Of a stretch of 64,000 nucleotides of DNA, positions 18,292-27,116 are shown in pieces (positions within the stretch are counted from its first letter, which is position 1; every line of letters starts with the position of its first letter). Under the pieces are notes generated by a model. The model had not been told where the DNA came from and did not search any database. It saw only the letters and a list, made by a program, of their open reading frames with translations. The stretch lies in sequence record OQ921725.1, one strand, 5' to 3'. Made by a program: the position numbers and the translations under genes.

Positions 18292-18779
18292 TGGCCACGA
18301 ACGAGATCTTCAAGTACGCGGACTGGATCTCCCTTCCGCTGCCGCTCCGGGGCAGTGACCCGGCGGTCAACGACGACCCCACGATCAACGGCGACCCGGT
18401 CAAGATCGGCTCGATCGTCGGCTTCGCGCAGGAGGTCGGCGGCAAGCCGGTCACCTACACGACCGGCATGACCACGGTCTCCGTCGCGCGCAACACCGCG
18501 AACTCGCTGGAGCCGGGCTGGGCGTCCATCGCCCTCACCGGTGCCTTCGCCTTCCCGGTCACGGGCTGGGACGCGGAGGAGATGGGCTCCGGTACGCCGG
18601 TCGGCATCAACGTCGCCGCCGGTTCGACGCGCGCCACGCTGGTCGCGAACTCCGAGGCCGACGGGTGGTTCGGCGTCATCGTCGGCCAGACCACGGCCGG
18701 GGTTCCGATCGTCCGAGTCGTCCAGCCCACGCCGGGCGACGCCAACGCAGTGGCCGACAAGCTGGCCACCGGTTCCTGA
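18291..18779 (+). CDS. Capsid decoration (cement) protein, DUF2190-like
   Basis: GDPVKIGSIVGFA...ASIALTGAFAFPV; immediately before the capsid gene. Confidence 0.65.
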   Translation: MATNEIFKYADWISLPLPLRGSDPAVNDDPTINGDPVKIGSIVGFAQEVGGKPVTYTTGMTTVSVARNTANSLEPGWASIALTGAFAFPVTGWDAEEMGSGTPVGINVAAGSTRATLVANSEADGWFGVIVGQTTAGVPIVRVVQPTPGDANAVADKLATGS

Positions 18780-18796
18780 GAGGAGGAATCTGAGAC

Positions 18797-20110
18797 ATGA
18801 GCGCGATCACCTTCCTCGACGGAATCAAGGCGACCACGAACCCCGAGTTCGAGCGCATCGCCGAGGCCCACAACAAGCGTCGGGTCGCCCTCCGCGAGTC
18901 GGCGGACTCCCGCCTGCTGAAGCTCAACAAGGCCGTCGAGTTCCTGCGCCTCAAGCGTGAGGCGGAGTTCGGCTCCCCGGTCGCGATGGGCCGCCTGCGC
19001 GAGGCCGTCTCCAGTGGCGACTTCCCGCTGCTGTTCCAGTCGATCTCGCAGGCGAGCATGCTCGGCCAGTACGCGGATCTGCCGCAGCAGTGGCCGACCT
19101 TCTCGGTGCGCACCACGGTTCCGGACTTCCGTCCGGCCCGCATGGTCCGCTGGGACACCGTGGCCGGTCAGTCGCAGACGACCGACTACAACGGCGGCGC
19201 CGAGCGTCACGTCCGGGCCCTGCCGCGCATCCCGGAGCTGACGGAGTACCCGACCTTCAACCTCACCACCGAGGGCACGGACTACTTCGTCAACAAGTAC
19301 GGCGCCCGCTTCCCCTTCTCGTGGGAAGCGTTCATGAACGACGAGCTGCGGGTTCTCCAGCAGCTTCCCACCGAGATGGCGCGGTGGGCGCGCGACACCG
19401 AGGACGTGCTGACGACCGGTGTTCTGGCCACGGCAACGGGCCCGAACGCGGACTTCTTCAACACGACCGAGGACTTCGGCGGTCAGGCCCCGGCGGGCAA
19501 CTACGTGCCGGGCAACCCGCCGCTGACGCTCGACGCGCTGGAGCACGCGATCAACTACATCGGGATGCGGCAGGTCAACGGCCGCCAGGTCCGGGTGCAG
19601 AACTTCGTGCTCCTCGTTCCGCCGTCTCTCGCGCTCACGGCGCAGGAGATCGCCCAGGGAACCACGTACCTCCGGGTGCGCCAGCTTCCCGACGGCACGG
19701 AGATGCGCCAGAACGTCTCCTCGCCGGTCGCGGGTCGCTTCACGGTCGTGGAGTCCCCGTGGCTGCCGCTCATCGACACCTCGGCGAACGCCGCCTCGAC
19801 CTGGTACCTGGTTCCGGCCGGTGGCCAGACGGAGCGCGGCCCGGCCATCGTCACCGCGTTCCTGCGCGGTCACGAGACCCCCGAGGTCCGCGTGATGGGC
19901 GACACGGGCCGTGCGCTCGGCGGCGGCGAGATCAACGCCTTCGAGGGCTCGTTCTCCCACGACGACATCCAGTACCGGGTCCGCTCGATCATCGGCGCTG
20001 CCGGTATCGACGCCTCGGCGGTGGCGGTCTCGCTGGGCACGGGCGAGGAGGCGGCGCTGTCCATGGCCTCCATCGGCGGCGGCTCGGTCTCGGGTCCCTC
20101 GGGTTCCTGA
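18797..20110 (+). CDS. Major capsid protein
   Basis: 437 aa; strong RBS GAGGAGG; highly biased codons; YGARFPFSWEAFMNDEL, LLVPPSL; followed by a hairpin. Confidence 0.9.
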   Translation: MSAITFLDGIKATTNPEFERIAEAHNKRRVALRESADSRLLKLNKAVEFLRLKREAEFGSPVAMGRLREAVSSGDFPLLFQSISQASMLGQYADLPQQWPTFSVRTTVPDFRPARMVRWDTVAGQSQTTDYNGGAERHVRALPRIPELTEYPTFNLTTEGTDYFVNKYGARFPFSWEAFMNDELRVLQQLPTEMARWARDTEDVLTTGVLATATGPNADFFNTTEDFGGQAPAGNYVPGNPPLTLDALEHAINYIGMRQVNGRQVRVQNFVLLVPPSLALTAQEIAQGTTYLRVRQLPDGTEMRQNVSSPVAGRFTVVESPWLPLIDTSANAASTWYLVPAGGQTERGPAIVTAFLRGHETPEVRVMGDTGRALGGGEINAFEGSFSHDDIQYRVRSIIGAAGIDASAVAVSLGTGEEAALSMASIGGGSVSGPSGS

Positions 20111-20189
20111 ACCGGTGAAGCCGGGCGGCGGGTGACCCGGGATTGATCCCGACCGCCCCTGCCCGGTCCCCGTTCCTGCCGGGCAGCGA

Positions 20190-20221
20190 GAGGGTCCCCC
20201 ATGTGCGACTGGGGGGCCCTC
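20190..20221 (+). terminator. Intrinsic terminator-like hairpin downstream of the capsid gene
   Basis: GAGGGTCCCCC-loop-GGGGGGCCCTC followed by TT. Confidence 0.55.
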
Positions 20222-20486
20222 TTCGCGTGCAATTGCATGATGAGAGCCAGCAGGAACTGGCGTAAAGCCCCCCACCTCGGGTATCTTATGGGTGTGGCGA
20301 GGACTCACCCTCCCCGCCCAAGAAGGAACCGTCCTTGTGCGAGTCCCCAGGACTCCGTCACGGCCACGTTTCTTCTCCTTTCCGAAGAGCCCCCGCCGCA
20401 AGGTGGGGGCTTCCGGATTTTCTGGGCCGTTTTCCAGGCGTTTGCCCCCAATGCCGTACGCTCCTCCTGAGAGACAAGGAGTGACC

Positions 20487-21302
20487 GTGGCAACACCCGA
20501 CGAGACGCGGGATCTCAGGATCGCAGCTCTCCGGGAAGCGGCGGGCACCTTCGCCACCACCCTGCCGGAGCCGGGTGAGTACACCGACGCGGCGACGCAG
20601 GTGATGCTGGAGAGGGCGAACCGCTTCTACGGCTGGCTCGTTGGCGTAACCCGGCTCATCCTCAGAGTCGGCCCAGCGGTCGGCGAAGACTCCGACGTGA
20701 CCTGGCCGAAGCACACTGCCGAAGAGGGAGAAACCGTGCAGATCAACACTGGCGAGAAGTTCAGCGTCGCGATCGACACCCGGGACGCGGCGGGCTACCC
20801 GACCGACGCCACCGTGGAGTGGTCGGTGGCCGACGAGACGATCGCGACCGTCCAGCTCGACGCGGGCGACGACCAGAAGGGCTGGGTCATCTCCGGCGCC
20901 CCGGGCAGCACCGTGCTGACCGTACGCGTCACCGACGTCGAGCCCCCACTGGAGGCGACCCTGGCCGTGGACGTGGTTCCCGCCGGGACCGCGACCGTCC
21001 AGATCAACGCCGGTCCGGCCGTTCCGGAGCAGGACCCGCAGCCCGACCCGCTGGCGCTCACCGTCACCGAGGACACCTCCGACGCCTCTCGCATGACGGT
21101 CACCGTCACCGTCGACAACAAGGGCGAGGGCGCGGTCTCCGTGGATCCGGGCGACGGCAGCGGCGTCCTGGCCAACCCGGGCGACGGCACGCCGGTCACC
21201 CACGTCTACACGGCGCCGGGCGACTACACCCTCGTGGTCACCGACGACGACAACGCCACCCGTGGCGGCAGTCAGGCCGTGACGGTTCCGTTCACCGCCT
21301 GA
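20487..21302 (+). CDS. Ig-like plus PKD domain virion protein (Hoc-like accessory)
   Basis: VEWSVADETIATV...GAPGSTVLTV (Big_2-like); VDPGDG...HVYTAPGDYTLVVTD (PKD-like). Confidence 0.75.
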   Translation: MATPDETRDLRIAALREAAGTFATTLPEPGEYTDAATQVMLERANRFYGWLVGVTRLILRVGPAVGEDSDVTWPKHTAEEGETVQINTGEKFSVAIDTRDAAGYPTDATVEWSVADETIATVQLDAGDDQKGWVISGAPGSTVLTVRVTDVEPPLEATLAVDVVPAGTATVQINAGPAVPEQDPQPDPLALTVTEDTSDASRMTVTVTVDNKGEGAVSVDPGDGSGVLANPGDGTPVTHVYTAPGDYTLVVTDDDNATRGGSQAVTVPFTA

Positions 21303-21313
21303 CCCGGAAGACA

Positions 21314-21350
21314 CCGAAGGCCCGGCTCCCCCGAGGGGCCGGGCCTTCGG
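21314..21350. terminator. Bidirectional terminator between convergent operons
   Basis: CCGAAGGCCCGGC...GCCGGGCCTTCGG 13-bp stem. Confidence 0.75.
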
Positions 21351-21355
21351 CATGC

Positions 21356-21784
21356 TCACAGTCCGCAGATGCACTCCGGCCGACCAGGCGCCCGGAACCG
21401 GCAGCGGCCCGGGACGTGGGGCTCATGCCTGCACAAGGCGCAGTTCTCCGGGATGAGCGCCCTTGTGTCGGAGACGACGCGCTGTTCGGCCAGACCCTGG
21501 TCCGGGTCGAACTCCAGCTCAGGCGATCCGGCCAGGTTCTCCATGCCCTCGATGTGATCTCCTCGCTCCAGGCGGGCCTGGGTGAGGTACGTGAACAGAT
21601 CGAGGGATTCTTCCCAGGCGTCCTTCAGGGCGTCACGACCGTTGTCGGTCTCCAGGATCCGGCCGTACTTCCTCTTGCCGTAGGCGCGACGCTCCTGAAT
21701 CGCCAGGATCATGATCTCCTGCACCGGCAGCTTGCCCGGCTTGGGTGCGGGCTGATCCCTCTCGGGATCTCTGACGTCAGCCAC
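21356..21784 (-). CDS. All-alpha NTP-pyrophosphatase (MazG-like) candidate
   Basis: ERRAYGKRKYG...DALKDAWEESLDLFTYL (EExxD acidic motif). Confidence 0.45.
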   Translation of the reverse strand: MADVRDPERDQPAPKPGKLPVQEIMILAIQERRAYGKRKYGRILETDNGRDALKDAWEESLDLFTYLTQARLERGDHIEGMENLAGSPELEFDPDQGLAEQRVVSDTRALIPENCALCRHEPHVPGRCRFRAPGRPECICGL

Positions 21785-21986
21785 GAAGCTCCTCCTCGAA
21801 CGACACCTGCACGTTGAAGTTGCGGTGACCCAGCAGCATGGCGAGCAGGTCGGTGATGCCGTCCTTCGCCTCGGTCCTGCTGTGCCCTTCTGCGGTTGCC
21901 GCCCCGAAGTGCGGCGGGTTGTCCACCGAGACGACCCACTTCTTGCCTTGATCGTTCCAGCGCCCCTGCGCCGTAAAGCTCTCCAC
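21777..21986 (-). CDS. Stand-alone HicB-like N-terminal domain
   Basis: RBS AAGGAAG; FTAQGRWNDQGKKWVVSVD...ATAEGHSRTEAKDGITDLLAML. Confidence 0.6.
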   Translation of the reverse strand: MESFTAQGRWNDQGKKWVVSVDNPPHFGAATAEGHSRTEAKDGITDLLAMLLGHRNFNVQVSFEEELRG

Positions 21987-22239
21987 GTCTTCCTTTCTCA
22001 GGAGCGGCGCCAGCCGCCCCACCTCTCTGAAAGCTCTTTCGCCGTGCGCCACCGGAGGCAGCGCATCAGCTTGCTCCACACGGAGCGCACTCCGTACGTC
22101 CGGGGTGCGGCGTGTTCACCCATTGCGCGCTTCCCTCTCGCGCTGCTGCTGGTTGACGTCGCGCCGGGCCGCCTCCCGCTCACTCTCCGGCCAGCGGAAC
22201 ACCGCCCACCACAGTTCGGTCAGACGGTCCAGCGCGGGT

Positions 22240-22872
22240 TCACGTCCTGGTGGGGTTCGGCGGGAGACCCAGACGGGCACGAAGCTCACGATTCTCCTCC
22301 TCCAGGTACTGCATCCTCAGCTCCTCATCGGCCGCCGAGCCCTCACGCACGTATGCGTAGTGCTCGCCGAAGTGGCCACCGTCGGGACCGACCGGCTCGG
22401 CGCATTCGAAGGTGCGGCCCGCCTCCGTCCAGGTGTGGCCGCAGAGAACCCGGCGGCACCGGCTGTCCACCTTCTCCTCACCGGACGTCAGGAACAGTTC
22501 CAGCTTGTCGGCCACGTGGCCCCTGCCGATGTCCCCTTCAGCGTCCTTGCGGAGCGTCTGGACGTAGACGCTGAGCAGCCTTCTGGCCGTCTGCCACTGC
22601 TGGCTCCGGTGCGACACCAGAACGGCGTGCTGCCGGAGGTCTTCCAGATTCTCCTCGTGCATGTGGGCTTCGCAGGCAAGTCCCTTGTCGACGCACTTCA
22701 GGAGTTCTTCCAGACGGGTCAGCCGGGCCTGCGGGTCCAGCTCCAGGAGGCGGTGCCACCACTGGCCGGGCGTGAGGCACACCCCTTCAGCGGGCTCGCT
22801 GCGGTCCTCTCCTGCGCGCAGTCTCTCGATCTGCCCCGTCAGGTCATGCACCGTGTTCAGGTCTTCCAGCAT
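22240..22872 (-). CDS. Hypothetical protein
   Basis: ATG at 22872 coupled to the upstream stop; helical content plus a CGH...C...HFGEH motif. Confidence 0.6.
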   Translation of the reverse strand: MLEDLNTVHDLTGQIERLRAGEDRSEPAEGVCLTPGQWWHRLLELDPQARLTRLEELLKCVDKGLACEAHMHEENLEDLRQHAVLVSHRSQQWQTARRLLSVYVQTLRKDAEGDIGRGHVADKLELFLTSGEEKVDSRCRRVLCGHTWTEAGRTFECAEPVGPDGGHFGEHYAYVREGSAADEELRMQYLEEENRELRARLGLPPNPTRT

Positions 22873-23279
22873 CACGCCTCTTCTCCGTATTCGGGATCGC
22901 GCAGATGCGAAATGATCTGCTGCCATTCCCGATCGATCTCCATGCGCTCCTCGCGCGTGATCGGCCTGGGCCGCCGATACCTGTACCGAGTGCATACCGC
23001 TTCGTCGTGCAGGTAGCCGGTGTCGTCGAACTGAAGGCAGCAGGGATTCAGGGGATCCTGCTCGATCCCCTTCTTCGCCCGATCCCACCACTCGATCTCG
23101 GCCTCTCGGCGATCCGCCCTGCCCTTCTGCCGCCAGCCGCTCCAGAGCAGGAAGGTCGCGACATACAGCGTGATGATAGAGAGGGGCCACAGGCCAGCCA
23201 CCATGAACAGAACGCTCACGACGACGCAGCCGAGCGACGCGGAGAAATCCCGGAGCGCGTTCTTCTGGTGACTGGCCAT
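22872..23279 (-). CDS. Membrane protein
   Basis: Two N-terminal hydrophobic segments. Confidence 0.6.
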   Translation of the reverse strand: MASHQKNALRDFSASLGCVVVSVLFMVAGLWPLSIITLYVATFLLWSGWRQKGRADRREAEIEWWDRAKKGIEQDPLNPCCLQFDDTGYLHDEAVCTRYRYRRPRPITREERMEIDREWQQIISHLRDPEYGEEA

Positions 23280-23291
23280 GGCTCACTTCCT

Positions 23292-23666
23292 TCAGCTCGG
23301 CGGGAGCGCCTTCGGTACGCCGGGGCAGGTGACGGCCGTGCCGTCCATGGAGATGCGCTCAGTGAGCGGTACGTCGATCGGGCTCCGGCCGCAGCACGGC
23401 ATCAGCCCCGACCCTTCGGGCGGGCAGGCGTGGACGATGGTGTCCTCCTCGCCGATCACGAGCGTGCTCAGCCGCTCGAACTCGGTCGACAGGACGGCCA
23501 GGGCCCGCCCCACCGACTCCATTGCGGCACGCACGTCACCGAGATCGACGGCCAGCTTCTCCAGGCGCTCGGCGTCGCTCACCTGCTCGGGCTCGGGTTC
23601 CTGCTCGACCCCCGGGAGCGGCACGCTGATCGTGTCCTCTTCGGCGGTCGTCTTGTCCTCGTTCAC
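23292..23666 (-). CDS. Hypothetical protein
   Basis: Coiled coil followed by HACPPEG...PCCGR...VTC. Confidence 0.55.
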   Translation of the reverse strand: MNEDKTTAEEDTISVPLPGVEQEPEPEQVSDAERLEKLAVDLGDVRAAMESVGRALAVLSTEFERLSTLVIGEEDTIVHACPPEGSGLMPCCGRSPIDVPLTERISMDGTAVTCPGVPKALPPS

Positions 23667-23914
23667 GATTCTTCCTCCTCGCCACGGCGCCGCAGTTCGT
23701 TCACGTGGCTGCCGTCGTACCTGACCTTGTCCAGACCGGCCACGCCGAGAGAGGTGACCATCCGGTCGACCTCGTGCAGCGCCGCAGCGGCGAGCTGCGG
23801 GTTCTCGAACTGGCCGGTCTTCTGCATCCGCTCGTACTCGTCGATCAGCAGGGCACTGGCCACGCGGAGCTGACGCAGGCTGATCTCCAGGGCGCGAACG
23901 CGCTCGTCACTCAT
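23663..23914 (-). CDS. Hypothetical protein
   Basis: RBS GGAGAGG; GTGA overlap. Confidence 0.55.
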   Translation of the reverse strand: MSDERVRALEISLRQLRVASALLIDEYERMQKTGQFENPQLAAAALHEVDRMVTSLGVAGLDKVRYDGSHVNELRRRGEEEES

Positions 23915-24251
23915 CGTCTTCCTCTCCAGGCTCCGGGATCCGGTAGCCCTTGCGGCCGAGCTGGAAAGCCAGACGGCCGATGGCCTCACTGTCTGCGGGT
24001 TCGCCTTCCGCCCATTCGGCCACCACCTGAAGGACTTCGCGGGCCGCCCGGTCGGTGGGCAGGAACCTCACCCAGTCGATCTTCCGGCCGTTGTGGTCCT
24101 TCATCGTGTCCAGCTCGACGGGGCCGTAGAACCTGCCCTGCATGTTGGCGACCGGGACGAACCAGGGCTCGTTGCCCGGATCCCAGAAGGCCATCACGTA
24201 GCCGTCGTCGGAAAGCCTGAACTCCCAGCGGGTGCGGGAAGGAATGATCAT
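23907..24251 (-). CDS. Hypothetical protein
   Basis: ORF in a coupled operon. Confidence 0.55.
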   Translation of the reverse strand: MIIPSRTRWEFRLSDDGYVMAFWDPGNEPWFVPVANMQGRFYGPVELDTMKDHNGRKIDWVRFLPTDRAAREVLQVVAEWAEGEPADSEAIGRLAFQLGRKGYRIPEPGEEDDE

Positions 24252-24943
24252 CCCGACAGCCCCCAGTCGGCACGGCGCACCCGGAGCAGCCAGCGCTCGA
24301 CCGCAGCGACGTCGGGCTCACCCAGGATGGCCGTCTTCGTCGAGTCGAACCGGACCTCCGCCTGGCGCATGTACTTCTCGGCGCGCGAAGGGTCGTCTGC
24401 GATCTGGCTGCCCACCTGAAAGACCCAGTCCGGATCGATCTCACTGGCGTTGCTGCGCAGGTTCACCACCAGCTCGCCGGAGCGGTAGAGGTGGAAGCCC
24501 TGCTCGACCAGGCGCACCAGGTGCCGGGCGTGCTTCTCCGTGCGCTTGCGGGTGTCGGCCGAGAAGCTGCCGTCACCCCGGTTCCTCAGCCGCTCGAACT
24601 GACTGGTGGCGTAGCCGAGGTAGGAGTCGCGCACCTTCTTGGCCGACAGGAACGAGCGCCGGAGTCCGATCAGGTCGTCCCCCAGGTTGTCGACGTACTC
24701 GTACCGGTCCAGCCACAGCAGCTCGGAAACCGACGGGTTGCCGTTCAGACAGAGCGTGACGAACTTCTTTGCCTCGTGCAGCGTCGTGTCGGGGTCCTTT
24801 GAAACCACCGACTCCTGCACTTTTCCGAGGCCGAGAACTTCGCTCGTCGGCGCCGCGAAAACCCCCATGTAGTCCACATCAGAATTCTCGTGGTTCAGTC
24901 CGTATGCCGTGGAACCCACGACACCTTTCAGCAGAACATTCAC
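24248..24943 (-). CDS. Pol-beta superfamily nucleotidyltransferase (RlaP/Nuc-transf-like)
   Basis: GVVGSTAYGL...SDVDYMGVF; HEAKKF...LNGNP...ELLW; KHARHLVRL. Confidence 0.85.
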   Translation of the reverse strand: MNVLLKGVVGSTAYGLNHENSDVDYMGVFAAPTSEVLGLGKVQESVVSKDPDTTLHEAKKFVTLCLNGNPSVSELLWLDRYEYVDNLGDDLIGLRRSFLSAKKVRDSYLGYATSQFERLRNRGDGSFSADTRKRTEKHARHLVRLVEQGFHLYRSGELVVNLRSNASEIDPDWVFQVGSQIADDPSRAEKYMRQAEVRFDSTKTAILGEPDVAAVERWLLRVRRADWGLSG

Positions 24944-25601
24944 GTTTCTCTCCTCTCCGCCTTACGGTACTTACGGGAGCTGACGGGAGCTGACGGGAGT
25001 CCTGCTCCTCGTCCGGCTCCTCCTCGTCGGGTGGTGGCGGGAAGCCCATCTTCTCCAGGGTCCAGCCCAGGTCGCCCGTGTCGTATCCGGCTCCGTCGTT
25101 GACGTCAGCGATCCACTTCCAGACCGCCCTCGCCAGGTCGTCGCGCTGCTGCTCGGCCTTCACGCGCGCCTCGTGGGGCGTCATCGCGTCGAAGGCGTCG
25201 CGCTGCACCGTGATGATGTACTTGTCGGTGGACTCGGCCACCTTCACGCCCATTTCTACCTTGTCGCCACGGTTGGCCAGGTGGTCCACGCGATCGGTGA
25301 GAACCGTCTCGGAGTAGTTCGGCCCGGCGCCGATCAGGCCCCGGCAGGCGCCGACCCACATCGCGACCATCTCGCGGGCGGGCTCCAGGTCCATCGTCGC
25401 GGTGCCGTTGCGGTACTCGGCGGCCCGGATGCCGACCTGCGCCATCTGCTCCGTGATCCACCGCTGGGCGACCGCATCCTCCAGGAGGGCTTCGACCACC
25501 TGCTGCGCGTCAGCCTCGGGGAGCTTCTTCGCCGCCTTCGGGCTGACCTGCTTCAGCAGTTCCAGAAGAACGCCACCCAGACCTTCTGTCGCTTCGCTCA
25601 C
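24879..25601 (-). CDS. Hypothetical protein whose C-terminus is extended through a 10-bp repeat
   Basis: 240-aa ORF whose last ~65 nt overlap the nucleotidyltransferase gene. Confidence 0.6.
   Translation of the reverse strand: MSEATEGLGGVLLELLKQVSPKAAKKLPEADAQQVVEALLEDAVAQRWITEQMAQVGIRAAEYRNGTATMDLEPAREMVAMWVGACRGLIGAGPNYSETVLTDRVDHLANRGDKVEMGVKVAESTDKYIITVQRDAFDAMTPHEARVKAEQQRDDLARAVWKWIADVNDGAGYDTGDLGWTLEKMGFPPPPDEEEPDEEQDSRQLPSAPVSTVRRRGEKRECSAERCRGFHGIRTEPREF
24973..24999. repeat. 10-bp tandem repeat (ACGGGAGCTG, about 3 imperfect copies)
   Basis: TTACGGGAGC TGACGGGAGC TGACGGGAGT read directly. Confidence 0.85.
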
Positions 25602-25909
25602 GTGCCCCTCTTCTCCAGTCTGATCTTGGAATCCTGAATGCCGACCCTCACCCGGAACTCGTGCGCGCAGGGATCCACCTTCATGATGACCGCCGCGTCG
25701 TCCATGGCGAGCACGGGCGGTTCAGTCCGCATACCGATGTAGCCCGCCTCGCCCTTGCATTCGGGGCAGCGCGGCGCCCTGTTGTCGCAGGTGACGATCT
25801 CCGGGTGCTCGGTGACCAGATCCCCGGAGGGAAGGAGAAGCGGAAGCATGCCGCAGCAGACCACCGGGTTCTCCTTCCCGTCCCCGTCCAGCACTTCGTG
25901 GATCTTCAC
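25598..25909 (-). CDS. Cys-rich hypothetical protein
   Basis: CCG...VTC...CPECKG. Confidence 0.55.
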   Translation of the reverse strand: MKIHEVLDGDGKENPVVCCGMLPLLLPSGDLVTEHPEIVTCDNRAPRCPECKGEAGYIGMRTEPPVLAMDDAAVIMKVDPCAHEFRVRVGIQDSKIRLEKRGT

Positions 25910-25910
25910 G

Positions 25911-26177
25911 TCACCATCCGCCCGGGACCGTCAGGCCGGTCGCCTTCTTCTCCACCGGGCACTCGTCCTCGGGGCACCGGTCCGTGTCGCGGACCATGAT
26001 GAGGTGCTTCAGGCTGCGCTCGCCGCTGGCGAACGCCACGTCTCCGTCGGCATCCCGGGCGACGATCCAGTCCGTGCCAGCCGCCTCGATCTTCACGCAG
26101 TCGTAGTGATCCCGGCCGAATCCGCCCTGGGCGAATCCGTGGATCACGTCACCGATCTTCAGCGGTTCTCCGCTCAC
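25911..26177 (-). CDS. Hypothetical protein
   Basis: GFAQGGFGRDHYDCVKIEA. Confidence 0.6.
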   Translation of the reverse strand: MSGEPLKIGDVIHGFAQGGFGRDHYDCVKIEAAGTDWIVARDADGDVAFASGERSLKHLIMVRDTDRCPEDECPVEKKATGLTVPGGW

Positions 26178-26193
26178 GACCCTTCCCTCTTCC

Positions 26194-26712
26194 TCACCAC
26201 CAGTGGCGGTAGATGTAGTTCCCTCGCGGCAGTTCTCCGCGCCGGATCAGATCGGCGATGACACCGCCCAGTGATGGAGTGAATGCGCGGGCGGCGAAGA
26301 ACTCGCTCTCGAAGACAGCCCCTTCGAGGTCCATGTGTTCCGGCGGGTTGGCGTCCACCGTCACGTCCTCGGGGTGCTCGGCGATCTTGATGCTCAGCCA
26401 GTAGTCGAGCTGGGTCACGCCCTGCTTGACCTTCGACTCTCCTGCCTCGCGGTCCCAACCCAGGTAGATCTCGGTCTGGTCGAAGCCGTACAGCTCCTCC
26501 TCGAAGTCATCTTCCGAGGCGAACATGTACACCTTCTCCGCGTCATTGCAGAGGTTGGGACTATCCCTCTGACAGCCGCGCAAGGAGTTGTACTTCTTGC
26601 CGTAGACCCGCGAGGCGATCACGTCGATGGGGATGTAGCCGGATCCGTCGCCGACTTCGGCATGCGGATCCAGCGTGAAGTAGCTGACCGCTTCGTACTG
26701 TGCAGACGTCAT
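26194..26712 (-). CDS. Acidic hypothetical protein
   Basis: ATGA overlap with the upstream gene. Confidence 0.6.
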   Translation of the reverse strand: MTSAQYEAVSYFTLDPHAEVGDGSGYIPIDVIASRVYGKKYNSLRGCQRDSPNLCNDAEKVYMFASEDDFEEELYGFDQTEIYLGWDREAGESKVKQGVTQLDYWLSIKIAEHPEDVTVDANPPEHMDLEGAVFESEFFAARAFTPSLGGVIADLIRRGELPRGNYIYRHWW

Positions 26713-27116
26713 TGTGCGCTCACCCCTCCTTCCCACTGTTTGACGATCTTTTGCGCCATCCTTCTCGCGTGGATCACGAGATATTCGAAGGCGCCGTACC
26801 GGTCGATCTCCTCCAGTGCCGCGTTGAAGAGATCGATCACCATCCGAACGAACCGGGGATCCATCAGTGCGATGAGCTGCGCATCGGTCAGGGTCACCTC
26901 GTTATTCGGGTCCGACATGCAGTCACCCATGACCATGTCGCCGCGCTCGTTCATCACCCCGACCACACGCCGGTCGTCCTCGGCCTCTTCGACCGCGAGC
27001 TGCCAGTCCATCCCCGAGTCGTTGCCGGAGACGGTGTACAGCCGCATGAGGATCTTGCGCGCGGCCCGGATCTCATTCCTGGCGGCTTCGACCTCGGCCG
27101 CATCGAGCACGGCCAT
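26709..27116 (-). CDS. Hypothetical protein
   Basis: TGATG coupling. Confidence 0.6.
   Translation of the reverse strand: MAVLDAAEVEAARNEIRAARKILMRLYTVSGNDSGMDWQLAVEEAEDDRRVVGVMNERGDMVMGDCMSDPNNEVTLTDAQLIALMDPRFVRMVIDLFNAALEEIDRYGAFEYLVIHARRMAQKIVKQWEGGVSAQ

Noticed and set aside
18455-20584. 709-aa minus-strand ORF, and similar giant antisense ORFs (39835-42162, 42247-45714, 47674-49563)
   Set aside because: Shadow ORFs opposite high-GC3 real genes (capsid, tape measure, tail tip, PolA); no recognisable motifs
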